A DNA stretch of 64,000 nucleotides from Nannocystales bacterium (GTDB lineage Bacteria; Myxococcota_A; Polyangia; Nannocystales; Nannocystaceae). The DNA lies in the NCBI GenBank assembly GCA_050633305.1, contig JBOEGF010000017.1:14433-78432 (forward strand), written 5' to 3'. The stretch's first letter is position 1, and each line of letters opens with the position of its first letter. The notes below the pieces were generated by a model. The model ran no database searches. It was given only the letters and a program-made list of their open reading frames with translations, and was not told the origin of the DNA. Positions 9,126-17,954 of the stretch are shown here, piece by piece. The position numbers were made by a program, and so were the translations under genes.

Positions 9126-9851
9126 ATGAGCCACCTTGAGTTCTCCTTCAGCGCCCTCGCTCTCCTGCTCGCTTGCGGACCGGCGGTCGAGCAGTCCAGC
9201 GGCGAGGAGACCTCAGCCTGCACCTCGGAACGGTGCCTTGCAGGTCTCGTGTGTCGATCGAAGCTCTGCGTGGACCCAGACTGGGAACCCACGGGGGCAA
9301 CCCGCCCGGGCAGCACCTCGGGTCCGAGCGGGAGCGACTCCGCGGGCGAAGCAGGTCTGCCACCTCCTCCTGACGTGACGGGCACATTCCACTTCTCGCT
9401 CACCGCGACCCCGATCGCGCCGACCACCCCGTTCCAGTTCATCGCAACCACAATGTTCACGACAGACGCGGCGGGCGGCGGGCAACTCGACATCACGCTG
9501 CAGCCTCTGTCCCTCGAGATCCAGGCCACGACCACACCGCGAGAGTTCGTTGGGGATCCGATCCTCATGACACTCGCGGTCGATGAGGTCGGCGCGCTCG
9601 ATGCCGACATTGGTACCGTCAACCTCATCGGAGCCGCGAACCCGGTTACGGGTAGCGACCTCGTCGCTACAATGCAACTGCAGGGCGTGATTCAGGACGA
9701 GGACCTCTACTGTGGCAATGTAGGCGGCATGGTCACGGTGCCTGCGAACATCGATCTGACCGGTTCCACGTTCGCAGCAGTACGCATCAGTCCCGAAGAT
9801 GCCATGAGCCCGGAACTCCTCCCCGACCCGCCGGTCGGCGCGTGCCCGTAG
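9126..9851 (+). CDS. Lipoprotein with Cys-rich N-terminal module
   Basis: LLLAC lipobox, a small Cys module and a beta-rich C-terminal domain. Confidence 0.75.
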   Translation: MSHLEFSFSALALLLACGPAVEQSSGEETSACTSERCLAGLVCRSKLCVDPDWEPTGATRPGSTSGPSGSDSAGEAGLPPPPDVTGTFHFSLTATPIAPTTPFQFIATTMFTTDAAGGGQLDITLQPLSLEIQATTTPREFVGDPILMTLAVDEVGALDADIGTVNLIGAANPVTGSDLVATMQLQGVIQDEDLYCGNVGGMVTVPANIDLTGSTFAAVRISPEDAMSPELLPDPPVGACP

Positions 9852-10376
9852 AGCAGCCGCACGAACGGCGCCGACAGCCGACTCGGGCCACGCGCAACGC
9901 CACCGAGCACCCGTTCTCCCCTTGATGAAACGAGGGTGCCAAGCCCGCATCAACCGCAACGCGAGACGAGCCTAGGAAGCGCCATGTCGACGATGGGCGT
10001 GCTGCCGTCAAGAGGCGGGAGCTCCTTCCCTCGGACTCTTCCATCTGTTTTCGCGTGTTGACCTCCGGACTGGCCCGTACCAGGCTTTCAGCGGCGGAGC
10101 CAGAACGCAACCCGATGCGAAGAAGGGAAGCGCAACAAGACCTCCGGAACGCTCGCTTTTGTTCGCGGCCCGCGCCTTTGTCGCACGAGGCCCGTCAGGC
10201 TCACGGAGGCGGAGTTTGACCCCTCGTGGAGTCGAGCACGAACGTCCGCCCCTTCGGCGCCTCGCCTCCGCCAAGGGCGTGGTTCGCCGGTCTGCTCCTG
10301 ATGGCGGCGAGTGCCGGCCAGTCGACGCGCAGGGAACTCACCGGCCAAGGTACCTGGGCGAGGCCTGCCCCCGCAT

Positions 10377-11114
10377 CTAAAGGTTGAAGGCGGCCACATC
10401 CACCTCGTCCGTGCTCGATGTAGGAATGCGATTGCGCGACAGCACTTCGCCGTCCTCTCCATCAGGCGCATCCGCCCCCGGACCCGTGCCGTAGACGTAG
10501 TCGTAGTCGTAGTCGTAGTCGCAGTTTCCGTGCTGGCACTCCTCGTTCGCCCCACAGGCATACCCACACTCGCCGCAGTTCTCGAAAGACGTGTCGAGGT
10601 CAACGCAGGCCCCTCCCGGACACGCGGCCTCGCCGGAGGCGCACAGGCTCAGCTCGACCTGTTCTGTCGCCTGTTGGCCGTTGTTGTCCAAGACCTCCAC
10701 ACTCAGAACGACTGGCGTCTGAACGCCGTCATAGAGTTCCGAGAGTTCTTGAAACGACACCGCATAGACGAATGTCCCCCCCGCGACCTGAGCGAAGGCA
10801 CCAAGAACAACCCCCTCATGACGAATGACCACGCCGACGAGTTCGTCGAGAGAGTCTTCATGGGTCACCTGCACCGTCAACTCCAGGACGCCGTTGCTGC
10901 CGAGGGTCTCGGTACTCACGGTAACCTCGACGATCTGCGGGCCACCACTGGACCCGCCCCCCTCGCTCTCGTCCGCGGTCGTATTCGGCACTGCGGAGGT
11001 GGCCTCAGTCTCGCCACCATCCCCTCCCGCGCCATCGTCGGGGTCTCCAGAGTCACAAGCACCGAACACGAGCGCGGTACCAGTACAAACGCGAATGACT
11101 GCCTTCCTGAGCAT
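10377..11114 (-). CDS. Lipoprotein with Cys-rich (STIG1-like) module and (DY)n tract
   Basis: FGAC lipobox and CVDLDTSFENCGECGYAC. DYDYDYDY is encoded by (GTAGTC)n at about 10497-10520. Confidence 0.7.
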   Translation of the reverse strand: MLRKAVIRVCTGTALVFGACDSGDPDDGAGGDGGETEATSAVPNTTADESEGGGSSGGPQIVEVTVSTETLGSNGVLELTVQVTHEDSLDELVGVVIRHEGVVLGAFAQVAGGTFVYAVSFQELSELYDGVQTPVVLSVEVLDNNGQQATEQVELSLCASGEAACPGGACVDLDTSFENCGECGYACGANEECQHGNCDYDYDYDYVYGTGPGADAPDGEDGEVLSRNRIPTSSTDEVDVAAFNL

Positions 11115-11302
11115 CGGCTCCAAGCTAGCACCTCCCGGCGTTGGAGTGACGCCGTTCCCCCTCCAAGGTATCGGATTCAACCGCGACGGAGTCCGAGTCA
11201 TCCGATGAGGATCGGCAACGTTCGTCCGGCGGGAATCGCAAGGCCGGCTTGAGCCGCACGGCCCCTGGGGCGCCGTTCTGCAGATTGTGGCAGAGTCTCT
11301 CG

Positions 11303-11731
11303 GTGGCGCGGACCTACAACGAGGACGAGGTTGCCCTGATCCTCGCGAGTGCCGCCGAGCGGGCCCGGCGGTCCAAGCAGTCCGGAGTGACCCTCGCCGA
11401 GCTCGAAGCCGCCGCACACGAGGCGGGTCTCGACGGGCCCCTCGTTCGGCAGGCCGCGATGGACATCGCACGGGTCGACATCGAGAGTCGCGAGGAAGGC
11501 CTGTATGGCGCCAGTACTCGGTTGGTGTCCCGCGCGGTCATCGAGGGCAGGTCCGACATCGAAGCGATCGCGACACGCCTCTGTGCCGAGATGGTGGACC
11601 AAGCGGGCGAGCCGGGCTCTCAAAGCAAGGTCGGCGAGGCACGCGTGTGGCAAACGAGCGGGTTTGGGAGCGTCGAGGCGGGGCAGCAGGCTCGCCGACC
11701 AAGCACGGGCGCTGGCTTCCACCTCAGCTGA
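11303..11731 (+). CDS. Hypothetical protein, possibly C-terminally truncated
   Basis: YNEDEVALIL..AAE...GVTLAELEAAAHEAGLD...VRQAA resembles the N-terminus of a family I recall as longer and membrane-associated. It ends just before repeat copy 4. Confidence 0.55.
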   Translation: MARTYNEDEVALILASAAERARRSKQSGVTLAELEAAAHEAGLDGPLVRQAAMDIARVDIESREEGLYGASTRLVSRAVIEGRSDIEAIATRLCAEMVDQAGEPGSQSKVGEARVWQTSGFGSVEAGQQARRPSTGAGFHLS

Positions 11732-11749
11732 GGACGAAGTGAACTGGCC

Positions 11750-11919
11750 TCCCCACCGAAGCCCGCACCCGCGAAGCCGCGCCAGCGGAGGGCCCACGCC
11801 GACTCCGAGGACCCGAGCCGCCCACAACCCCCTCCCATCACAATGGCACCTGCGACACCCCGCAGGAGGCGGCGGGGAGGCACCGCGCCAGCAGGCGAGC
11901 CGCCCGACCTCTGCCCTCC
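11750..11919 (+). repeat. ~170-bp dispersed repeat, copy 4
   Basis: Near-identical to copies 2 and 3, and preceded by AACTGGCC like copy 3 (AACTGGGC). Confidence 0.97.
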
Positions 11920-12177
11920 GAGATCAGGCCAGGCAAATGCCCCGCCCCCACAACCCCCTCCGATTCCATCGGATGCCCGCTCAAGACCAAGGCACTCAGC
12001 TCCCGACACCGCCGAACAAACCAAGACCGGGCACATCGCTGGCGACCAACGGACGAGGTCCGCCAAGAAGACGGGATGCGCCCCCGCGGCCGACGACGAA
12101 ACTGACTCGCGACTCATCCGAGGCTGCGCAAGACTGACCGGTGGCCCCCTGCGACAGGTCGATGGTAGCGTGCGTCG

Positions 12178-13218
12178 GTGAGCGTGCCCTTGGGGGTTTC
12201 TGTGGTGGGGCTGGGCGGCCGGTGTGCCGTCGGTCGGTACGCGGACGCCATCGCGACCGCTGTGCGGGCGGGAATCACCCGTCTCCAGGAGCACGAGTAC
12301 ATGGTCGACAACGCAGGGGACCCCTTCCGGGTCGCCTACGACCCAGCGCTGACCACCCCGACCCGGCGAGCTCGCGTCGGTGAACTTGCAGAATCCGCAC
12401 TCAACTCCGTGCTCGCGGACCTGGAGACCCGAAGGTACGACCGAGCGGTCCCCCTGTTGCTCTGCCTCCCCAGCCCCTGCGATACCTGGACCCAGGCCGA
12501 CCGGATGTGGCTCATGGCCGCGCTCGTCAAGACGGCCGAAGCGAGGCAGCTGGAGCTACGGCCGCAGCTGGTCAGCGCGAGTGGGAACGCAGCGGGTGCC
12601 GTCGGACTTCAGCTCGCGTGCGAGCAAGTTCGCAAGGGCGAGTGCTGCATCCTGCTCGGCGCGGACTCGTTCATCGATCCCGACGTGCTCGAGCCGCTGG
12701 ATGAAGCCGCCGAGCTGATGTCGCTGACGAACAAGTGGGGATTTCCCCCGGGCGAAGGCGCCGCGGCCCTGTTGCTGGTCGAAACTCGACGAGCCCGGAG
12801 CATGTCGCTCAGGCCCATCGCAGAGATTCACGGTCTCGGGGTGACGCGAGAGTCCAATCCGAAGCACAGCGATGGCATTTGCACCGGTGTTGGGCTTTCC
12901 CAAGCCTTCGCAGCTGCAGTGCGAGGTCTCGGCGGGCCAGTCGATTGGCAGTACTGCGACATCGATGGGGACCGGTACCGGGAGCACGAGTTCTCGTTTG
13001 CCTTGCAACGAGCCCACGCCAGCATGTTCGCCGACGCCACAGGCTACGTCTCCGCAGCCGATTGCTGGGGCGCCGTGGGCGCTGCAACGATCCCGTTGCT
13101 CTCTCTGCTCGCGATCACGCCGAGCCTGCGCACGCCTGCGGGTACCGCACTGGTGTGGGCCGGGTCCGAGGATGGGCTCCGCGGCAGCATCGTGTATCGT
13201 TGTGGGGCCGGACGATGA
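12178..13218 (+). CDS. T6SS-associated thiolase/3-oxoacyl-ACP-synthase-like adaptor protein (PRK06147-type)
   Basis: AAVRAGI-like start, GADSFID, GFPPGEGAAALL, DIDGDRYREHE and WGAVGAA motifs. It is coupled to a DUF4150 gene. Confidence 0.85.
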   Translation: MSVPLGVSVVGLGGRCAVGRYADAIATAVRAGITRLQEHEYMVDNAGDPFRVAYDPALTTPTRRARVGELAESALNSVLADLETRRYDRAVPLLLCLPSPCDTWTQADRMWLMAALVKTAEARQLELRPQLVSASGNAAGAVGLQLACEQVRKGECCILLGADSFIDPDVLEPLDEAAELMSLTNKWGFPPGEGAAALLLVETRRARSMSLRPIAEIHGLGVTRESNPKHSDGICTGVGLSQAFAAAVRGLGGPVDWQYCDIDGDRYREHEFSFALQRAHASMFADATGYVSAADCWGAVGAATIPLLSLLAITPSLRTPAGTALVWAGSEDGLRGSIVYRCGAGR

Positions 13219-13604
13219 AAGTCGCTGTCAACCCACCACGCACCCCGTGCACCGAGGGTAGCAACGGCCTCAAGGTCGCGGCTCTCCCCAACGTCTGCAA
13301 GATGCCCGGACCCCCGGCACCGTTCGTTCCAACTCCGCTACCCAATATCGGGAAGTCGGGCGACTCGCCCAAGGGTTACTCGAAGAAAGTGAAGTTCGAG
13401 AAAAAGAAGGTGGCGATCAAAGGGGCCAGCTTCAAGAGCATGGGTGACGCGGCGAGCAAGGGCACAGGCGGCGGCTTGATCTCTGCGAGCACACATGACG
13501 TCTGTGAGTTCGTGGGTCCCGGCTCCATGAACGTCAAAGTCGAGGGCAAGGCGGTCCAGCTGCTCGGCGACGTGATGACGAACAACAAGAAGAACGCGAT
13601 GTGA
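13215..13604 (+). CDS. Stand-alone DUF4150 (PAAR-like) protein
   Basis: PNVCKMPGPPAPFVPTPLPNIG...SMGDAASKGTGGGL...NVKVEGKAV.LLGD...NN. ATGA overlap with the upstream gene. Confidence 0.9.
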   Translation: MKVAVNPPRTPCTEGSNGLKVAALPNVCKMPGPPAPFVPTPLPNIGKSGDSPKGYSKKVKFEKKKVAIKGASFKSMGDAASKGTGGGLISASTHDVCEFVGPGSMNVKVEGKAVQLLGDVMTNNKKNAM

Positions 13605-13613
13605 GCGGGTCGC

Positions 13614-14366
13614 TCAGAACACCTCGACGCTGCGGATCGGCGCGAACGTGTCGTGGATCGCTTGGACGACGTTGAGCAACGCGTCGTAGGCACCCTCGAC
13701 GACGCCTGAATCCTCGAGGTACACCAGAGCAACGCCGGCCTCGACCACCCACCCCTCGTGTTCGACTGGAAGCAAGAAGCCATGTTCTGGCTTCGCGTCG
13801 GGATCGCGAAAAGCACAGGTCGCCGCTGCATCGAGCCATAACTGTAGGCTCGCGAGCGCTCGCTCGAGATCCGTCTGTTCGTCGACGAACGTGACGTGAA
13901 CCTCGACGGACGCGCTCGTGCGGTCGTCGTCGATCGCGAATCCCAACTGGGGCCAAAGGGGTGGCAGCGCGTCGCGATCGAAGCTCAGGCCCTGCGGATC
14001 GCTGCCGGAGCATTGCACCCAAACTGCCCGGACCTTGCTGCGGAGCGCGAAGTCGACCGCGTTGAGCAGACCCAGCACCGCCCGCGGATCGATGGCCAGC
14101 TGCTTGAAGTCCCAGCTCAGCCGCGAGGCGCCCGCGGCTGCAATCGACGGACCCGCGAAGTCGGCCCTTCCTGCGTCGGGCGCGACTTGGTCGCCACCCC
14201 AGCCCCCTACGTTTGCGAGTTCCGCCCAGGTCTCGATGACGTATTCCAGCACCGCACGTTCGTTCGGGTCGGCGGGCTGGTGCAGGTCGAGGGTGAGCCG
14301 CGCCGGCGTGCCCGCTTTCGGGTCGCCCGCAAGGTCGGCGCGAAAGGGCCATCCGGAGAGGTTCAA
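13614..14366 (-). CDS. Hypothetical protein, possible second immunity/accessory protein
   Basis: 250-aa ORF overlapping the stop of the DUF3396-like gene by 4 nt. Confidence 0.6.
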   Translation of the reverse strand: MNLSGWPFRADLAGDPKAGTPARLTLDLHQPADPNERAVLEYVIETWAELANVGGWGGDQVAPDAGRADFAGPSIAAAGASRLSWDFKQLAIDPRAVLGLLNAVDFALRSKVRAVWVQCSGSDPQGLSFDRDALPPLWPQLGFAIDDDRTSASVEVHVTFVDEQTDLERALASLQLWLDAAATCAFRDPDAKPEHGFLLPVEHEGWVVEAGVALVYLEDSGVVEGAYDALLNVVQAIHDTFAPIRSVEVF

Positions 14367-15289
14367 GCGTCCAACCTCGTGAGCCAGTCTTGCTCGCGAT
14401 CAGGATCGGCAACGTAGCCCTGGTCTGGATCTCGTGCGAACCCCTTGAGCGTCCACTCCTGGGTTCGAATGGGCTCGAGCGCCGCGTTGATCGATCGCAG
14501 CGCGTCCAGGGTCTCGTTGGGCCGATTCACGTCACACGGATCGGGTGCGTCCCCAGCCGCCAGGAGAATGCCGTCGCCAAGATCCTCCCTCCGTACACCG
14601 TCTTGCAACGCATCGAGAGCGCCAGGGCCGAGAACCTCGAGGCTGTCGGCCCCCACGTAGTTGAGCCAACCGACGGTATCCATGGTCTGCTGGCTATCTT
14701 GCATGAACGCGATGTGTTCGCGATAGAACACGCGAACGCCGTGAAACCGGAGCCCGGTTCGCAGGACGGGAGCGTACACGAGCTGGGCTTGCTCGTTGAA
14801 CCAGGCCACCTCAAACCCGAACCCAGCGGCCGCATGCGAAAAGGCGTGCGCAGAACACCACGCACGAAACAGCGCCTCGAGCTCGGCGGGGTCGGTATCG
14901 AGGGGAAGCGTCAGATGCATGTACGATCGAGCGGTCTTGGTGATCAGCATCTCGAAGCTGTGGCCATGACACTCATCAATTGCGCCCTTGGGGTCCGCTG
15001 TCTTGAAGTAGTAGTGCTGATAGGATGTTTCGAGCGACTGCTCGGAAAACACATCGCGGACCTTCTTCACCGCCTTGGGGGTGAGCTTCATGATCCGCCG
15101 ACTGTTGTCGTGGCTGTAGTATAGCGGCGTCTTCGGTTCGAAACGCGCCAGCCAGTCTTCGAAGCAGGCGAGGCCGGCCTGGGCCAGTCCCGCGTTGCCG
15201 AAGAAGAGGGCACTCAACGCAGGTCGCCCCACGACGATGGTGTCGTCGAGTTCGGTGTACGTGGCGATCGTTTCGGTCCAGGACTTCAT
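14363..15289 (-). CDS. DUF3396 (TsiV-like) immunity protein
   Basis: HAAAGFG, RFHGV, TVGWLNYVG, ILLAAGDAP..DVN and WLTRLD motifs. Directly downstream of the toxin gene. Confidence 0.75.
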   Translation of the reverse strand: MKSWTETIATYTELDDTIVVGRPALSALFFGNAGLAQAGLACFEDWLARFEPKTPLYYSHDNSRRIMKLTPKAVKKVRDVFSEQSLETSYQHYYFKTADPKGAIDECHGHSFEMLITKTARSYMHLTLPLDTDPAELEALFRAWCSAHAFSHAAAGFGFEVAWFNEQAQLVYAPVLRTGLRFHGVRVFYREHIAFMQDSQQTMDTVGWLNYVGADSLEVLGPGALDALQDGVRREDLGDGILLAAGDAPDPCDVNRPNETLDALRSINAALEPIRTQEWTLKGFARDPDQGYVADPDREQDWLTRLDA

Positions 15290-15290
15290 A

Positions 15291-15908
15291 TCAGTGAACG
15301 ATGGTGATGGTGGGACCGCCCCCGGTCGCCTGACCTAGCGCCGTATGGGCCCGGGCCTGGCGAGCACTCTGCCTCGGTGGCCGGTAGCGTTTGACCGTGC
15401 TCTTCTTCTTGCTGCGGTTGGAGGCCGGGCAGGCGAACTTGAAGTCGACGAAGGTCTGCTCGCCGTTGGGACCGATCACCGACGCGTCGGGAAACACGAG
15501 CCCCGAAAGCGCTTTTCCAATTGCCTTTCCAATCGCCTTGCGTCCTCCTCCCGCCGCTCCCGCGATTGCCGCAGAGATGACCGCGCCTCGGTTCACGCCC
15601 TGCGGCGTGGCGTTGACGGGTTGAACGGTTTGGCCGGTTGCCTGATTGAAGCGCGGCCGCTTGAAGGCCTCTTCGCCGCGGACCGGGGGCTTGCCGTCAC
15701 TTGGGTTCTTCGCCCGGTGTTCCTGAATCTTGTCTTCGCAACACGCGTGCTTGTCCTGTCCGAGCTTCTGGCAGGTTCGCCGCTTCTTCTTGTTGGCGAT
15801 GGTCTTGGCGTTCTTGGCGTTCTCTTGCTTGCTACAGTCGTCGGCGATCTGGTCGAGCAGCGCTACACCGGTGCTCGGTACGCTCGGAGACTGCCCAAGG
15901 ATCGTCAT
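15291..15908 (-). CDS. Putative PD-(D/E)xK nuclease toxin (about 205 aa)
   Basis: Basic protein with LGQDKHACC and FPDASV...FVDFKFACP. A G-rich SD-like stretch precedes ATG 15908, and a DUF3396-like gene follows. Confidence 0.7.
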   Translation of the reverse strand: MTILGQSPSVPSTGVALLDQIADDCSKQENAKNAKTIANKKKRRTCQKLGQDKHACCEDKIQEHRAKNPSDGKPPVRGEEAFKRPRFNQATGQTVQPVNATPQGVNRGAVISAAIAGAAGGGRKAIGKAIGKALSGLVFPDASVIGPNGEQTFVDFKFACPASNRSKKKSTVKRYRPPRQSARQARAHTALGQATGGGPTITIVH

Positions 15909-15941
15909 CGTGTTCCCCCTGGTGTACCATCCAACAGCCTC

Positions 15942-16952
15942 ATGTGGGAGCTTCGGAACCGGACACCGTTCGTCGCCGAGTGGACCGCGGTCCTGGACAA
16001 GGACGGAGCACGAAGCTTCGTCGTGGTGGTGAAAGGAACCTTCGCGATCGACCCCGACGGAACGACGAAGCTTGCGGACGAGCAGCTGCCGATCGACGTC
16101 GCGCCCGAGTACCACGACGACCCCGAGGACTCGAGCCTGCGGTGCGAAGGCGAGCTCACCGCGATGAAACCGGGCACGGACATCGTCGTGCATGGCTCCG
16201 CCATTCCAGCCGAGGGCAAGCCGGTCACACGCATGACGGTGGTGTTGCAAAGCCCAGCAGGCCGGAAATCCCTCCAAGTCTTCGGCGATCGACGATGGAG
16301 CCGTAGCGTTGCAGGAACGATCGAGCTTGAGCATCCGGTGCCGTTCGTCGAGATGCCCATCGTCTACGAGCGGGCAGAGGGCGGCTTCGATAAGAAAGAC
16401 CCCGACCCGGCGGCCCACCGGCTCGAACCCCACAACCCCGTCGGCACCGGGTTCTTCACATCCGACTCGCACAAGGTGGGCGAGCTCGCGCCCAACATCG
16501 TTTGGCTCGAACGCAACCAGCCCGGACCAGCAGGGCTGGGGCCGACGTGTCCGCACTGGAAGCCTCGCTGCGACTTCCAGGGAACCTACGATGCGCAGTG
16601 GGTCGAGTCGCGTCGCCCGCTGCTGCCCGAGGACTACGACGCGCGATTCTTGATGAGCGCGCCCGCCGACCAGCAGTGCCAACCCCACCTGCGCGGGGGC
16701 GAACCTCTCGCCGTCTCCGGCATGCACGCCGATGGCGTCGTGCGATGCACGGTGCCCAAGCACTACCTCGCGTTCTCGACCCACATCGGTCCGCGTGTCC
16801 GCGAACACCGAGCCAAGCTCGTCACTGTCGGGCTCTTCCCCAACGACCGACTGCTATCCCTCACGTGGCAAACGGAGTTGGCTTGCCATCACGAATTCGA
16901 TGACATCGACCATACCGTCATCCGCGAGCTCCCCTATCTCGACCAAGGCTGA
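15942..16952 (+). CDS. DUF2169 T6SS adaptor/chaperone
   Basis: LRNRTPF...VVVVKGTF, KPGTDIVVHG, VFGDRRW, MPIVYERA.GG, NPVGTG, GTYD..W...R.PLLP.DYD.RF. Confidence 0.92.
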   Translation: MWELRNRTPFVAEWTAVLDKDGARSFVVVVKGTFAIDPDGTTKLADEQLPIDVAPEYHDDPEDSSLRCEGELTAMKPGTDIVVHGSAIPAEGKPVTRMTVVLQSPAGRKSLQVFGDRRWSRSVAGTIELEHPVPFVEMPIVYERAEGGFDKKDPDPAAHRLEPHNPVGTGFFTSDSHKVGELAPNIVWLERNQPGPAGLGPTCPHWKPRCDFQGTYDAQWVESRRPLLPEDYDARFLMSAPADQQCQPHLRGGEPLAVSGMHADGVVRCTVPKHYLAFSTHIGPRVREHRAKLVTVGLFPNDRLLSLTWQTELACHHEFDDIDHTVIRELPYLDQG

Positions 16953-17122
16953 CGCCAACCAACCTTTTTTGGCCTGGACCGTCAGGTTTTGGGCCGGCCC
17001 AGCAAAGATCAATTGAGGATTGGTGCGTCGAGTCGAGGCACGTGCGAGCGCCACCGGAAAAAGCCCCGAGAGCCCCACCCCGGCCTTGCCTGGCCCAGGT
17101 TGTTCATGGGAACAAAAAGGCG

Positions 17123-17701
17123 ATGGCGTCTGGGTCCGTTCGGTGGGGTTCGTGTTCTCGATGGGTCGCTGCAATTGCGATCGCTGGCACACTGCCAGCG
17201 TGCGATGTCCCGGCCGAGGAATGCGACGGTGCGTTTCGGTCGGCTGAGCTCGAGGGCCTTGATGAAAGCCCGAACAGCGGCCCTCAACCTGGGGCCATCG
17301 ACGCCACCTATGGGACCCCGGACATCTTCTGTCCAGAGTGTGGGAGCCACTGGACCGTGTCCGGGGGGAGCGCAGTTGGAGGGGGCATCAGCGCTGGCGA
17401 TTTCGTCGTCTACCTGGACGCTGACCTCGGCAAGTCCATCTCCGACCTCGCTGAGACTGGCTCGTTGTACTACCAGCACAAGCGTGGCCAGTTCGACACC
17501 GTGCGCGCTGGACCGGAACAGGGCTACATCCTCCCCATCCACGGGTTGCTGCCGGACAATGCCGACCATCTCTCCGCAGCGCACTTCGGTCCGGGAACCG
17601 CCACGCTCGTGATCGTCCACGAGAAGGTCCCGGTCTTTATCCGACTGCAATACGTCAACAATGCGAACGGCGAGTTCGAGGATCCGCCCGACTTCAACTA
17701 A
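17123..17701 (+). CDS. Hypothetical lipoprotein
   Basis: IAIAGTLPAC lipobox-like sequence and coding-like codon bias. Confidence 0.55.
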   Translation: MASGSVRWGSCSRWVAAIAIAGTLPACDVPAEECDGAFRSAELEGLDESPNSGPQPGAIDATYGTPDIFCPECGSHWTVSGGSAVGGGISAGDFVVYLDADLGKSISDLAETGSLYYQHKRGQFDTVRAGPEQGYILPIHGLLPDNADHLSAAHFGPGTATLVIVHEKVPVFIRLQYVNNANGEFEDPPDFN

Positions 17702-17773
17702 ACCGGTCATGAGACCCCGGGGGCCCGCGCGCCCGACCGTTGCCTTGCGAGGTCAGGCACGGCAGAAGCACCG

Positions 17774-17849
17774 CCCCACCACAATGGCACTGGCGACCCC
17801 CCGCAGGAGGCGGCGGGGAGGCACCGCGCCAGCAGGCCAGCCGCGCGAC
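17774..17849 (+). repeat. Truncated (3' half) copy 5 of the ~170-bp repeat
   Basis: CCCCACCACAATGGCACTGGCGACCCCCCGCAGGAGGCGGCGGGGAGGCACCGCGCCAGCAGGCCAGCCGCGCGAC. Confidence 0.92.
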
Positions 17850-17954
17850 GCAAAGGGGTCCGCCGAACTTCCCGGTCGCCCCCCGATCCGCGCCCAACCG
17901 ACACAGCGCGGCCTCCCGCACGCTGCAGCAGAAAGTGTGGTTCCTAAGCGCGCG

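Noticed and set aside
13604..15941. Invertible (shufflon-like) toxin segment
   Set aside because: I found no matching inverted repeats at the two boundaries and no recombinase.
15909..16808. Long N-terminal extension of the toxin ORF
   Set aside because: Antisense to DUF2169. An SD-preceded ATG at 15908 is the better start.
1..17849. Repeat array as a CRISPR or classical integron
   Set aside because: Units are 170 bp with kilobase spacing, and there are no cas or intI genes. No attC-type ends are present, and intervals hold several genes on both strands.
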